Below, one piece after another: positions 20,440 to 32,274 of a stretch of DNA of 64,000 nt. Location: assembly GCA_019828565.1 (NCBI GenBank), contig JAHDYR010000008.1, positions 310,001-374,000 of the forward strand. The letters run 5' to 3'. The DNA is from Carpediemonas membranifera BICM. Taxonomy: Eukaryota > Protista > Fornicata. Position numbers and translations under genes: made by a program. The first letter of the stretch is position 1. Each line of letters starts with the position of its first letter. Below the pieces are notes generated by a model. That model was given only the letters and a program-made list of their open reading frames with translations. It made no database searches and was not told where the DNA came from.

Positions 20440-22138
20440 ATGGTTCAAAGACTTGAAAAGTGTGGCATCAATGCTGAGGGGCGCCCTGTCGTCTTCTGTG
20501 TGATGGACGGCGTCGGTGTCTTTAAGGAAGGTCCCGGCAACGCCTTCTGGCTCGCCAAGCCCGAGAACATCCTCAAGTTCATCAAGGAGGCCAAGCAGAA
20601 CAAGCTCTACCGCGAGATCCACGCCCACGGCGAGTATGTCGGCCTTACCGACGAGGACATGGGCAACAGCGAGGTCGGCCACAACGCCCTCGGCTCAGGC
20701 AACATCTACACGCAGGGCGCCCGCCTCGTCATCGAGTCCATGCGCGAGGGCACCTTCTGGAACACCCAGCAGTGGAAGGACATGGTCGTGGACACCATTA
20801 AGGCCGGCAAGACGGTCCACCTCTTCGGGCTTCTGTCCAGCGGTAACGTCCACTCCCACATCGACCAGCAGATCATGATCATCCAGAAGGTCGTCGACTG
20901 CGGCGGCAAGCGCATCCGCTTCCACCCCCTGCTGGACGGCCGCGACGTCGCCCCCGACTCCGGCCTCGAGTTCATCGCCCAGCTCGAGGAGGCCCTCGCC
21001 AAGGCCCGTGATGCCGGCTGCGATGCCTGCATTGCCTCTGGCGGCGGCCGCATGCACCTTGTAATGGACCGGTACAACGCCGAATGGTCCATGGTCGAGC
21101 GCGGCTTCAACCAGATTGTCCACGGTGTGGTCGACCCCGCGGACATCAAGGACGGCTACAAGGGCTACTACACCACCGCCAAGGAGGCTATCGAGGAGGG
21201 TCGCCGCCTGTTCCCGACCCTGTTGGACCAGTACGCACCTGGCTTCGTCATCGTCGACGCCGAGGGCAAGCCCGTCGGCAAGCTCGAGGAGGGCGACGTC
21301 GTCATCAACACCAACTTCAGAGGCGACCGTGCCCTCGAGATCTCTAACACGTTCGACCAGGGCGCGGAGTTCGACAAGTTCGACCGTGCGGCCCACGGCC
21401 CCTTCCCCGCAGTCAAGTACGCCGGCATGCTCCAGTACGACTCTGACCTGGGCATCCCCAAAACGTACCTCGTGCCCCCGCCGTCCATCTCTGACGTTAT
21501 GTCCGAGTACACCTGCGAGCTCGGCATCAAGTCATTCGCCATCGCCGAGACTCACAAGTACGGCCGTAAGTACCCTTTATTTACATTGTTACATAGACGT
21601 TACGTTCTTCTGGAACGGCAACAGGCTTGGCTATATCAACAAGGCCCTCGAGAAGTACGTCGAGATCCCCTCTGAGCCCAGCGACATGATCGAGGCCAAC
21701 CCCGCCATGAAGGCCAAGGAGGTCACCGACGAGCTCGTCGCCGCCATCGAAGCGGGAGAGTTCGACTACTACCGCGTGAACTACGCCAACGGCGACATGG
21801 TCGGCCACACTGGGTCCGTCCCCGCCGCCGTGGAGGCCGTCAAGACCGTCGACGAGAGCCTCGGCAGGCTGTGGGAGGCAGTGAAGGCCAAGGGCGGCAT
21901 CCTCGTCGTCACGGCCGACCACGGCAACTGCGAGGAGGTGCTCGACGGCAAGGGCAAGCCCAAGACGTCTCACACGACGAACCCCGTGCCCTTCTGGATC
22001 ATGGACGCCAAGTACGATGGCAAGTACACCGTCAACCAGGACATCGACGGTGGTCTGGCCAACTGTGCGGCGACGACCATGAACCTCCTCGGGTATGAGA
22101 AGCCAGAGGGCTACATGCAGAGCCTCATCGACTATTAA
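20440..22138 (+). CDS. iPGM: Cofactor-independent phosphoglycerate mutase; one 31-nt intron (21566-21596)
   Basis: MDGVG, MGNSEVGHN, DGRD, NFRGDR, DMVGHTG, TADHGN. Splicing gtaagt...acatag restores ETHKYGHVTFFWNG. Confidence 0.96.
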
Positions 22139-22347
22139 ACGTGTTTAGGGCATGTGGGCTGAGTGTGTCATGGGTTCCTTCGTCTGACGGCCGTCCAGGC
22201 TCAATTTCTCGACCCCTCTCATACCATAGCAGCTGCGTGTATTCCGGGCTGAGGTGAGTGGAGAGGGGCATCATTTATTGACCAAACGCCCACAGACGCG
22301 TGTGAAGTCTTAACCTGCGTTTTTCTGATCATTGTCGCTTTGGCAGA

Positions 22348-22778
22348 TGTCCGGTTCTGGATCGACATTCTTCAGTAGTTCTGCTGCAGATGACTTTACA
22401 TCGCCAGTTGTGCCCAAATGGGTTGATACTGCCTTCGAGGAGGCGAAGCTGGAGGCGTGCCGTATCAAGTCGCTTGATGGCGACAAGCTTGCTGTATTCC
22501 GTCATGACAGTGAAATTATCGACATCAAGCGTCCGAGGAAGTTTAGCAAGATCCACCCCTGTGTTGGCCACTTTATCCTCTTGGACGTATCAACGATGGA
22601 ACTCGCCCACATCCTGAACGATCGCCAGACCAAGCTCCTGATGAAGAGCGAGCACTGGCCGGAGGAGTTTGCCCCTGAAGCCACTGAGGAGGAAGAGGCA
22701 GATCCATTTGAGGCGGGGAACCCCAACCAGAAGAAGTACGCCGAGGCGCACTCTGACGAGGAGGACTCGGACTTCTAA
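22348..22778 (+). CDS. Small hypothetical protein with acidic tail
   Basis: ORF with host-like codon use. Confidence 0.6.
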
Positions 22779-22905
22779 GGACTGCCCAGTACGGCGAGTA
22801 GTACACGGTGTTGGTTGGGTAATTCTCTGGTCACTTCATTTTGTGATACATACAGTTCCGTAAATGCCATAAAGGACTCTCATTTTGAAGTGATTGTGTT
22901 TCATC

Positions 22906-23610
22906 ATGGAAATGCGAGAAGGCGCAGAAGGTGGAATGGACGTTCCGAAGGCTACAATGAGCCCACAAAAGGGATCTGGTCTACTTTCGAACCTCACTGA
23001 GGAAGAGGCTGTTTTAGCCGACATGTCCAAGGATGTTTCGGCTGACGTTCCCCCGATCAAGAAGCAAATTACCAAGAAACAGCGTACAACGCAGTCAAGA
23101 GGGCGTAGAGGACGCTCGTATTCGCCCACTCAATATAGCGCACTCGTTGCTTGCTTGCAAGCTGAGCGGTATCCGAACCGCGAGCAGCTCATCAACATCG
23201 CCAGATATGTCAGCCTCGACCTCATTCGTGTCCGCACCTGGTACCAGAACGCCCGTATCCGTGGCGTGTCGGATGCTGGCACGATCGACATCCCTGTCAC
23301 GGCTCAGGAAATCCTCAACGGCACCGCCGCCCCCGCTGGCGAGTCCAAGGACCCCAACGTCACGGTCGCCAAGAAGGACACGGCGACCCAGTGTGACCTC
23401 CTCCCCTCCTCGCTCTTCGGCCTCTACGCCACAGGTGCCCTCAACACCATCCTCATCGGCCTCGGCAAGGTCCCCAGCAGACCCGCAGGCACCCCCGAGC
23501 AGGCCCCAGTACCAGCGGTGGAGTCTGAGACGATCCCTCAGCCCGGGTTCCCTGTCCTCGACATCGAGATCCCTTACCCCGCCCCGGAGGTCGGCGGAAA
23601 CAAACTCTGA
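22906..23610 (+). CDS. Homeodomain protein
   Basis: RGRSYSPTQ..AL......RYP...QL..IA....L....VRTWYQNAR matches the homeodomain consensus (WF/YQN.R). Confidence 0.85.
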   Translation: MEMREGAEGGMDVPKATMSPQKGSGLLSNLTEEEAVLADMSKDVSADVPPIKKQITKKQRTTQSRGRRGRSYSPTQYSALVACLQAERYPNREQLINIARYVSLDLIRVRTWYQNARIRGVSDAGTIDIPVTAQEILNGTAAPAGESKDPNVTVAKKDTATQCDLLPSSLFGLYATGALNTILIGLGKVPSRPAGTPEQAPVPAVESETIPQPGFPVLDIEIPYPAPEVGGNKL

Positions 23611-24054
23611 CCTGTAAATATATGCTAAGTGTGTAATGGAAGGTGGGGTGTGGAGTTGGCGGCAGCCATTATTAGATTTGTGGTGGAATATGATGAAATC
23701 ATTGCTGATACAATATTGGGAAGCGAGATCATCTGAGGCAGGGGATGCGATGGGTATGGCCATGTATTTAGTGGGGACTGTCACCACATATACCGATTGA
23801 TGATCTCTTGTTCCTTGGATTCCGAAAATAGCCAGAGAATCTGCGAATCTGGAGATGCAAACAGATACCACACACCACGGCACCCTGTTACACCAGCAGC
23901 CATACTCGATCAGGCATGCTCGATCTGAGAAGCTATTTTGATCGCGGTATCAGACCATCCTTGACTGATTTACGATAAAATGATGGAATCAGGCGGATTA
24001 ACCGAACCTGCAGACTTAAAAACAGCATGCGGTGATGTTTACATCGACTAAGAC

Positions 24055-25044
24055 ATGATTGGCACAGTCTGGTGGTGGCCAGATGACACTCTGCGAACAC
24101 CAATCAAATATCCACTCAGTGCAATCAGGCAGGCAGACGACAGTACTTTGTCTTTCAGCAGTATGATGAACGAAAACGAAGCTATCAACAACCAAATGTC
24201 CTCTCTGAGCGTTAGCGATCATATTGCGATGAAGCTCACAGATCACCAGCGCCAACGCCTAGAAAAGCCCACAGACTCCGCCTGGAACTGGCCAGTGGAC
24301 AAACCGGACATCAAGGTGGGCTTTCAAGTGGGTCTCTCAGGGCCAGGCATCTACAGCGTCTATCTCGACTACATTATCGACAACCCCATGACAGAGGCGC
24401 TGTCCGTGTCCACAGACGTCGAGCGGTGGGCCGATTGGGTCCCTACATGCCACAAGCTCAACAACATGACGGCGGAGCTCGGTGAGAACGACTGGCACCA
24501 GGTCGGGCAGATCATCATCAAGCTGCCCCTCGTCTTCCTCCCCAAGAAGTACAAGGTCCGTGAGATCCTGCTCTCTGGCCAGTACTTCACCGACGAGACC
24601 GACAAGGACGCTCTCTTCATGACCTTCATTACCCACCCCGGCGACGACATCCCACTGCCCAAGGGCGTCCCCGCCGAGTGCCGCATGAGCATGCCCGACG
24701 GCATCAGCCGCATCTACCCCGTTGTCGACAAAGCCACGGGGCGCCATCAGACCCGCATCACGGTCTTCTGTGACCTTGACCCGAAGCTGCCCCTGCCCGA
24801 GGGCCCCATCTGGGGTGCATTCCTCTCCTGGCTCTTCAACAAGATTGTCCCGTTCGCGATGCGGGCGTTCCGTAAGCAGGCGTCCGTTGTCCATAAGAAG
24901 GGACTCGTCACCCCCCTCTCCCAGGCTCTGGTGGCGTACGCCAAGACAGGACTCAGCTTCCCATCGGCACTGCTCTTTAGGGCCGGGAACCAGGAGAGCG
25001 TGCCGGTCAGCGAGCACGGCAGCGATGATGACCTCGAATGTTAG
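24055..25044 (+). CDS. START/SRPBCC-like lipid-binding protein
   Basis: DVERWADWVP, VREILL, DLDPKLPLP..LSWL pattern typical of the START fold. Confidence 0.55.
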   Translation: MIGTVWWWPDDTLRTPIKYPLSAIRQADDSTLSFSSMMNENEAINNQMSSLSVSDHIAMKLTDHQRQRLEKPTDSAWNWPVDKPDIKVGFQVGLSGPGIYSVYLDYIIDNPMTEALSVSTDVERWADWVPTCHKLNNMTAELGENDWHQVGQIIIKLPLVFLPKKYKVREILLSGQYFTDETDKDALFMTFITHPGDDIPLPKGVPAECRMSMPDGISRIYPVVDKATGRHQTRITVFCDLDPKLPLPEGPIWGAFLSWLFNKIVPFAMRAFRKQASVVHKKGLVTPLSQALVAYAKTGLSFPSALLFRAGNQESVPVSEHGSDDDLEC

Positions 25045-25443
25045 TGGCGAGAAGAGACGGGGTGAGGCAGTATTTTTTATCTTGTTTAAACTCAATTTAT
25101 TAGCAGAGAAGGTCAGCTGGAAGCTGTATGGGCGAGTTACATCGAGCAGACCCTTGCAGCGGGCAAAATCTTGATTTACGTTGTGTGTCAATGTAACTAT
25201 GTATTCCTGGAAACAAAGGTGCTTCTTGTTGACGTCAGCAATGAGTTCGTCCGCATTTGCAACATGGACGAAAGCAAAGTGGACAAAGGAGAAGAATATA
25301 CCTGTTACCTATGGTTTGCACCAGTTTGAGTCCGTTATGTAGTTGATACGACATCATTTGTAGCGAATGCAGAGAAGGCGTTCTGTGAGAGCCAAACAGA
25401 AGAGTATTGGAGTACTATCAATCTGCTTCAGGCTAATGAGGAC

Positions 25444-27417
25444 ATGTTTGAATTCATTCAGACGGCCATTAAGCGATTGAGCTCATTGATGCAGCTAGTC
25501 TTAGTAGTTAGCGAGTTTTCAGCCGAGTTTGCCCCGGGATCCAGCACCCAAACACTAGATGAGTGGATCTCCAAAGGTTCACCGGTCAAGGACACACTAA
25601 TTCCCCTCACCGACCGGGTTGTGGGCCATTTCATGGCTCACCGATCAATAGCAATCATCGCAGCTCCCCAGACCATACCAAACACCATCACGCTGATCGC
25701 ACAGGGAACGTTGACCATGGAACGGGTGAACGGCAGCCTCAGGAAGGGCATTGCTCCCGCCCCCGCGGCCCCCACGATGATTATCTCTTATGACCCAGCC
25801 CCAGAGTTTGCAGACGCTAACCTGCCCATCATGGCACCGGATATGGCCGACCTGGTCAAGGAAGGGGCACTTACATCATTTACATACCAACGTAGCGTGT
25901 CTATCATCGCCCCGCTGACCTACCTCGACCTGTCACACGCCAGGGTTGCTAGGTTTGTCACTACGACAGTGAAGGCGGGCGTGGTGCCGGTGGAGGTGCT
26001 CAAGGCCCTCACCACCCATCCTATGCCCTGTGCGGACGCCCTCACCCCTGTCTCCCCCGCAGTTTTAGACATCAGCAAGGAGTTCGGGACCATAGCCGAG
26101 TGTTTCGACTCCCTCGCCCGCCTCCTTCCCGGGGCGACCGGTCATGACCTCGCCTCATTCTACCAGCAGCACCAGTGCGGGCCCACTGGGACCGACGGGA
26201 TCGAATACTCCTCGGCACGGTTCGACTCGCCCCTCGCCGGGATCAGACCTCACGCCGTCCTGGCCCCGCCCGGCCCTGATGTGCCCAGCCTCACCGCCGT
26301 TCTCTCCGGGACCCGCATGCCCGTGGCCGTGGAGCACATCCCCCAGACACTCTGCCCCAGAGCAACGTCCACGTCGACATGGGCCGCAGTGGTCGGGGCA
26401 CTGGGTACTGTCACCCACCCCGCTGTGCCCATCGTGGTGAAGGCGCTGCTGGACATCGTAGCCCACGGGTCGCAGACCCCATCCCTCTACGTCGACCCCA
26501 GCGCAGCCACGGACGGCGCTGTCCTCCGAGAGAGGGTCACCCCCACGCCTCGTAGTCGGGCGGTGGAGGTGCTCATGGCCCAGTCCGCGATCCTGGCAAA
26601 TGCACAAAACTGCGGGATCGTGTCAGAGTCGACAGTACATCCCCTGTGGGACACGGAGGACGACACCGTGGACGTCGCTTGGGCGATCGGTGTGGGTCTG
26701 GCCCAGGAGCTCGAGGTCAGGAAAAAGGAACAGGCCGCTGCTAAGGCTGCCGAACGTGTGGCGACAGCCGGGATTAATGATAAGCCGCAGCCCCAAAAGG
26801 CCAAGCCCGATGCCAATAAGACACGCCCCGCGCCAGTCGAGGCCGCCCGCCCCAGTCCCGATACGGTCGCACGGGCACTGGTCGAGACGGGCCTGTGCGT
26901 GAAGGCCAGATGGAGCAGCAACTGGCGCATCACCAAGCCTGCAGGCGCCCCCATGGTATTTACAACGCTGTCTACGCCACTGTCAACGTTCTCTCAGCTC
27001 ATAGGGGCACTGGCACCCTTGTATGAACCTGCCCCCCGCCGCATCCTCGTGGTCAGCGGGAGCAAGAGGTCGAAATCATCGCTCTCGGGCATCCAGCAGT
27101 GCGCCGTCGACCTCAAGTACACATCTTCGACCGACGCCAGTAAGGACGTCGCTATTACCGTCATTGCCCCACCCGCCCTCCTCGCCGACCCGGCCCTCGC
27201 TGACAAGTACGGCGTCGTGCTCGTCACCGTGGACCTCCAGAAGAGCCGAGACGGAAGTCTGGATCTGCTTGCATCAATCAAATGCAACAATTTGATCGTT
27301 ATCGTTACTGGAATACCGATGAGGCCGGAGAAGAAGGCTGAAAAGACCGAGAGCCCTCCCAACCCCGTCCCCGCCAGCACACCCCCTCCTCGACCCCCGC
27401 CCGCAAGGTCGACGTGA
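25444..27417 (+). CDS. Hypothetical protein (may be one gene with the next ORF)
   Basis: 657-codon ORF. Confidence 0.65.
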   Translation: MFEFIQTAIKRLSSLMQLVLVVSEFSAEFAPGSSTQTLDEWISKGSPVKDTLIPLTDRVVGHFMAHRSIAIIAAPQTIPNTITLIAQGTLTMERVNGSLRKGIAPAPAAPTMIISYDPAPEFADANLPIMAPDMADLVKEGALTSFTYQRSVSIIAPLTYLDLSHARVARFVTTTVKAGVVPVEVLKALTTHPMPCADALTPVSPAVLDISKEFGTIAECFDSLARLLPGATGHDLASFYQQHQCGPTGTDGIEYSSARFDSPLAGIRPHAVLAPPGPDVPSLTAVLSGTRMPVAVEHIPQTLCPRATSTSTWAAVVGALGTVTHPAVPIVVKALLDIVAHGSQTPSLYVDPSAATDGAVLRERVTPTPRSRAVEVLMAQSAILANAQNCGIVSESTVHPLWDTEDDTVDVAWAIGVGLAQELEVRKKEQAAAKAAERVATAGINDKPQPQKAKPDANKTRPAPVEAARPSPDTVARALVETGLCVKARWSSNWRITKPAGAPMVFTTLSTPLSTFSQLIGALAPLYEPAPRRILVVSGSKRSKSSLSGIQQCAVDLKYTSSTDASKDVAITVIAPPALLADPALADKYGVVLVTVDLQKSRDGSLDLLASIKCNNLIVIVTGIPMRPEKKAEKTESPPNPVPASTPPPRPPPARST

Positions 27418-28799
27418 CCAGCCTCTTCCCTGCCCTCCCCACGCAGCCCCAGGCCCAGGGCCCGTCAGCCCCCACGACGACGGCCTCCTCAGCCATGTCC
27501 TCGCCCTCCTCGTGGCAGTCATCCCTTGCCTCTGCGGCCAGGGCGCTGGGTTTGTCTGTGATGCCCGGCCCCGAGATGTCTGGCATCATCCCGAGCCCCG
27601 ACCCAGCCCGACTCGTCACGGCACTGCAGCACACCCTGCCCGCTCACGACGTCGTGGTCGACAGCATGAATCTGTCGCATTGGGGCCCTCAGCTGTCCAT
27701 GAACGGTATAGCACCCGTCACCGCCATTTCTCAGAATTCTCCGGCAGTCGTACTCGGAATACCATGCCACAACTTCGCCCCGTCACCCACAGTGCTATAC
27801 CTCGTCCCTCCGGCCCGGCTCAGCTTGCCGCCAGGCCAACCCATCGTCGGTGATGAGGCGGTGCAGTTTAAGGTCAATCCAGGAGTTGTCAAGGTCAGGG
27901 AGGCCACCGACGAGGATGCCGGTGCCGCCGTAGCCCAGCTCCTAGACCTTGTTTACCAGAACAATAAGATGGCTCTGGCTAGCTTTAGTCCGGCCATCGC
28001 CCTGGTCGGCCCCGACGTCACAATGGCGTCCATTTCATCGCCCCTCATTGGTCCGGGCGCTGTGGCGGCAGTGATGACCGTGGACGAGGTCCAGGCCTCC
28101 CACTCGGTGCAGCTCGTCATCGCCGTCTGCCCCGCTGTGGACCTCACAGGCGTCCGCGTCCCCGTGTTCGTCGTGGCCGTCCCAGTCAACCCCGAGTCCG
28201 CTGAGGAGGCCGTCACCGAGCCCCTGCCCGGCTTTCCTGCCGGGTCTGGTCTCGGCGGACTGTCCGACCTCGACGACAGCATGTGCTATGAGCTGAGCCC
28301 CGACTTACCCTTTGAACCACTCTCTATGGTCCAAATTTATGACAAAAGAATGTGCGAAGTCGCGCTCAAGCATAACACGACCATCTACCAGGTCAACCCC
28401 GTTGCTGTGTCGACCTCCATGGACGGTGTGGCTCCCCGCCAGGCTCTTGTCCAGCATCTGGGAGATCAGGAGCTGCTGCAGGGCCTGGTGAGCCACGAGG
28501 TGCTGCTAATCCATGGCAGAGACGACGCAGAGGCATGGCGGGAAGCGATTGATGATGCCATCAGCACGCTTAATCTGCGGCAGATTACTCGGGGCAAGTA
28601 TTTAAGCATGGACCGCGGGTTCCGGCTCTGTCCCACTATTGCGACAGTCGAGCTCGACGACATCGAGGGACTCAAGAAGGGGGCCCGGGCGGAGAGCTTC
28701 AGGGCCATCGTCGTGGACGTTCCCGGAAATAGGCTTGGTGGCGTCATGAAATTGCAGATGGTTCACAGTTGCAAGAATGTTTTTTGTCTCAAAAAATAA
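27414..28799 (+). CDS. Hypothetical protein (possible continuation of the previous ORF)
   Basis: 461-codon ORF overlapping the previous stop; Pro-rich junction with C-runs. Confidence 0.6.
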   Translation: MTSLFPALPTQPQAQGPSAPTTTASSAMSSPSSWQSSLASAARALGLSVMPGPEMSGIIPSPDPARLVTALQHTLPAHDVVVDSMNLSHWGPQLSMNGIAPVTAISQNSPAVVLGIPCHNFAPSPTVLYLVPPARLSLPPGQPIVGDEAVQFKVNPGVVKVREATDEDAGAAVAQLLDLVYQNNKMALASFSPAIALVGPDVTMASISSPLIGPGAVAAVMTVDEVQASHSVQLVIAVCPAVDLTGVRVPVFVVAVPVNPESAEEAVTEPLPGFPAGSGLGGLSDLDDSMCYELSPDLPFEPLSMVQIYDKRMCEVALKHNTTIYQVNPVAVSTSMDGVAPRQALVQHLGDQELLQGLVSHEVLLIHGRDDAEAWREAIDDAISTLNLRQITRGKYLSMDRGFRLCPTIATVELDDIEGLKKGARAESFRAIVVDVPGNRLGGVMKLQMVHSCKNVFCLKK

Positions 28800-28962
28800 A
28801 TGGTGAAGTTTGGTCGTCGTCGTTGGACGGGGCGGGTTCACGGTGGGAATCCGCTGCCGTCGAGGTCAGCTTGTGGCCGTGCAGGAGTTGATGGACATAC
28901 ATGTAGAGAATGTGAGGGCAGGGGAGTTGCAAGTGAGTGAGCGGTGAATTTATGCTGGGTTA

Positions 28963-29028
28963 ATGTGAAGTATCATAGAGTGCACAGTGCAAGCAGTAAA
29001 GTAAGACTCTTGTTGTATCGAGACCTCA
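28963..29028. repeat. Uninterrupted (empty) copy of the element B target sequence
   Basis: atg+tgaagtatcatagagtgcacag+tgcaagcagtaaag... equals the left flank of element B joined to its right flank, with a single copy of the 22-mer. Confidence 0.93.
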
Positions 29029-29030
29029 TA

Positions 29031-31640
29031 ATGTATATGCGCAGTTTATGCTCAATGTCGGCCGTTGAGATTGTGCGATGCGTGCACTGGACGGAGGATC
29101 ACTTTCTACTATCTGAATCAATCAAGAACGAGGACTTGTATGGCATGGTTTCACTTCATGAAGAATTCAACTCTATGCAGTATGGCCCCGGCTGGTGCGC
29201 TCTCATCACCAATGACAACACCCCGACGTTTTGGACCACTGATCGGGTGGTTGTGAAGCGCTTTAGTGATGGTGTATTCGTTGAATTCCCGATATCCCGC
29301 GTCATTCCCATCGTTGCCTCTCTTGTACCGCCCCACTTCGTCCCAGGGCTCGTATCCACGACCATAGACCTCCCTGTCTTCATCCAATCCATAGAGGACG
29401 AGCTATACCGCCTTGATGAATCACTGGACGACCATGCCGCGGCCCTCAGCCCCGCCACATACCGGGCCGACCGAGAGGGGCTTGTGCGACGCCTCCACAG
29501 GACCTGGGAGTTGGTCACTACGGGGCTGCAGAACACCATGCGGCCTCTCGCTGATAACCCGGCCAACTTTCCCACGGTGGCCGCTGCAAAGCGGTTTGTC
29601 ACAAGCGACAGTCATGACTTCGGGGCAGTCGTCAAACTGGCCTCAGCAGTTGGTGTTGGTGAGAGGCCAGTCGTGATCACAGAGGCTGACCTGAGATCTG
29701 ACGCTGATCTGCTTCCCGGTCACCATGAGGCGCCCACCGACCACGCCTCTGCGGACCAGGCGAGGGTAACGGCAAGAGCGAATGCCGCCCTCGCCGCCAT
29801 GTACAGGCTGTCCTGGCTTCTGTCAAATAGCACCGAGCCAGCCCACGCCGAGACCCTTGCCGCCGTCGCCGCTCTCACCCACCCGACGTCCCCCGCCCGC
29901 TTCCTCGGGGACTGGGTCCGCAGTTGCTCTGAGTGGTGGCCCGTGGCGTGTACCGCCCTCGCTCCTGTCCCATGGTCGGACTCAGTAGCCCCAGTCGAAG
30001 TGTCCAGGAGGGTGGCGGCCCTGCTCGGGGGAGTCGATGCCGAGTTCCCGGCCCCACCCCAGCTCCAGCAGAGTGTCGCCCCAAGCTACCCTGTACCCGA
30101 TCTGGGTCGACTCACGGGGCGGGTGCAGTCGGCTGAGTTCTTCTTCTGGTTGCTGTACTTTCTCAGGAACCTGTACAACCACAGCGGCGACATCAACCCC
30201 GCAGTTGATATCACCGCGTTACATAGGGCGCTAAACTGCATAACTGGACACAACACAAAGTTCTGGCCCGAGCTGCAGGCCGAGCTGGAGGCGGCCATCA
30301 CAGCAATAGCCCAATCATCCATGCTTCCACGTCTGAACCAGACCACTAAGCTGACACCTGACACCATCAGAACAATACTGGCGCCCCGACACACACAGCT
30401 GTGCCCCGATCCAGCCTGGTCGATCGGGGTGAGAGTCTTCGCCGCAGTTTACCGGGAGGTCTTCCAGGACAAGACCCAGACCCATACAAGCTCGGCGGTC
30501 ACCACAGTGCTGGCGCTGTCGGATCTGAGGCTCTGTGCGGCCGTCGTCAGGTCAGTTATTGGGTGGGTTCTTGACGTAGCTTCCACTATACATGATGAAG
30601 CTGACAGACTGACTCCGCACGACTCAGCTGAGTTGATCGCCCAGATCTTGTGCGACAGGGTCACCCTGCACATCAAGACACCATCCATACCTCCGGACGA
30701 GACCCGCATCGCCCCCTCTGGCCATGTGCCCGTGCTCGGCCTGGTCCGACTGCTGCTCGACGAGGGAGTTCTGATGCTCACCCCGCCCCACGAGACGATG
30801 TCACTGCCCCACATGGCCGGGCGGGTGGTCGAATACTACCGAAACGCCCCCATGGTGCTGGCTAACGTCTCCAACGTCCTCGGCGGGCTGTGGGGCGCCG
30901 TGCTCCCGGCCGTGGACAGGCTCGACGACATATGGTCCGGGTCAGCTCCATGGCAGCTCCCCCTGGTATACGGCGCCCTCGTCTGGCTTGGCGTTGTCCG
31001 ACCCCCCTCGCTGGTCGTCGGGTACGGCCCTGTTCTATACCGATTCTCCTCAGTGGGCTCGGCGTCGAACCGGCGGTCCTTCAAGGTTGTCGTCACTAGC
31101 GAGGGAACCCGGAGACCACTGCCCAACTTCTCCAATGGAGTCTGGTCGATCTTCTACCCCGCCCCCGTCACCCTACCGGATCCGACCGGTCTCACGTCCA
31201 GTCAACCGTGCAGGTTTCACGAGACTGACCCACCCCGACCCAGTCTGGTGGGTGTTGGTCGCGTGCTTGTACCAGATCACGAGGATTTTAGCGCTGCTAG
31301 AGTTGTCCGGGCTGTGTTTGGGCTGACAACACCCGTGTCAGAAATCATGCGGATCGTGACCCGTGCTATCACTGATAGACCACACCTCCGTGGTGTACTG
31401 CATCTGGCGGACCCAGTGTCGGCTGCCCTTGTTGCAGCCATGCCAGATGCCCAGGCAGCAGTCGTCTTCGCCGGACTCGTCTGGGGCGGGGTTGTCGAGG
31501 CCGAGGCGGATATTGTCATCGGAACCACGCGGTTCTTCATTGAAGGCGATCAGTTGAAGAAGGAGACGGGCACCCACCCAGGAAAGCTCGAATATTGCTT
31601 TGATCGATGGGGCATTTGTTGTGAACAGGAAATGCCCTGA
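29031..31640 (+). CDS. Large hypothetical protein
   Basis: About 870-codon ORF; no recognised motif. Confidence 0.7.
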   Translation: MYMRSLCSMSAVEIVRCVHWTEDHFLLSESIKNEDLYGMVSLHEEFNSMQYGPGWCALITNDNTPTFWTTDRVVVKRFSDGVFVEFPISRVIPIVASLVPPHFVPGLVSTTIDLPVFIQSIEDELYRLDESLDDHAAALSPATYRADREGLVRRLHRTWELVTTGLQNTMRPLADNPANFPTVAAAKRFVTSDSHDFGAVVKLASAVGVGERPVVITEADLRSDADLLPGHHEAPTDHASADQARVTARANAALAAMYRLSWLLSNSTEPAHAETLAAVAALTHPTSPARFLGDWVRSCSEWWPVACTALAPVPWSDSVAPVEVSRRVAALLGGVDAEFPAPPQLQQSVAPSYPVPDLGRLTGRVQSAEFFFWLLYFLRNLYNHSGDINPAVDITALHRALNCITGHNTKFWPELQAELEAAITAIAQSSMLPRLNQTTKLTPDTIRTILAPRHTQLCPDPAWSIGVRVFAAVYREVFQDKTQTHTSSAVTTVLALSDLRLCAAVVRSVIGWVLDVASTIHDEADRLTPHDSAELIAQILCDRVTLHIKTPSIPPDETRIAPSGHVPVLGLVRLLLDEGVLMLTPPHETMSLPHMAGRVVEYYRNAPMVLANVSNVLGGLWGAVLPAVDRLDDIWSGSAPWQLPLVYGALVWLGVVRPPSLVVGYGPVLYRFSSVGSASNRRSFKVVVTSEGTRRPLPNFSNGVWSIFYPAPVTLPDPTGLTSSQPCRFHETDPPRPSLVGVGRVLVPDHEDFSAARVVRAVFGLTTPVSEIMRIVTRAITDRPHLRGVLHLADPVSAALVAAMPDAQAAVVFAGLVWGGVVEAEADIVIGTTRFFIEGDQLKKETGTHPGKLEYCFDRWGICCEQEMP

Positions 31641-32274
31641 GAGATAAACACTGCAAGCTGCTCGTTCATATAGACTGAAAGAAACATTTGAGAGCACCAG
31701 AATGCTGGGATACGGGCCATTCGTGTGAGCAGATCAATGAGCAGTTTAAGGTTACAGAGGAGTACTCTGCGAGTGAGAGGGCGCGTAGATGCGCCGACAC
31801 GACTCCGGCGCGAGAAGCGCGGACCCAAAATTCGGTCGCTCGATTTTGGCGCGGAGTCGCCAAGTCAAGAACAGAAGCTCGAAAACTCGAGTTGCAAGCA
31901 GGGTTAGAGGGTTCTACACAGAACCGTGGACGCCTGGGGTGTCGATGCCTCGGGCAGTTTATGTCAGTCGTGGCGCAGAAATTTGGATTTCGACACGCGA
32001 GCGCGATGTCGACGCACTGCAAGACGCAGACCGGGCGGAGATCCCGAGCGAACATTGCTATGGTTACAATAAATGTTCTTCCCCCCGTTTGGAATGATTG
32101 TGTTATCTAGCCAGCAAGCCTGGCTGGCATTTTCAGGCCCCAACAAGGCCTAGTTCGTGAGTTCTGAGAAATCAACCTGAAATGAAACATAGGAACCCTG
32201 GTTGCGGGTAGACCTTGGAATAGAGTAGGGGTATAGGTAGGAGGAGCACTGTTAGTGTGCCAGATTGTCCTGGC

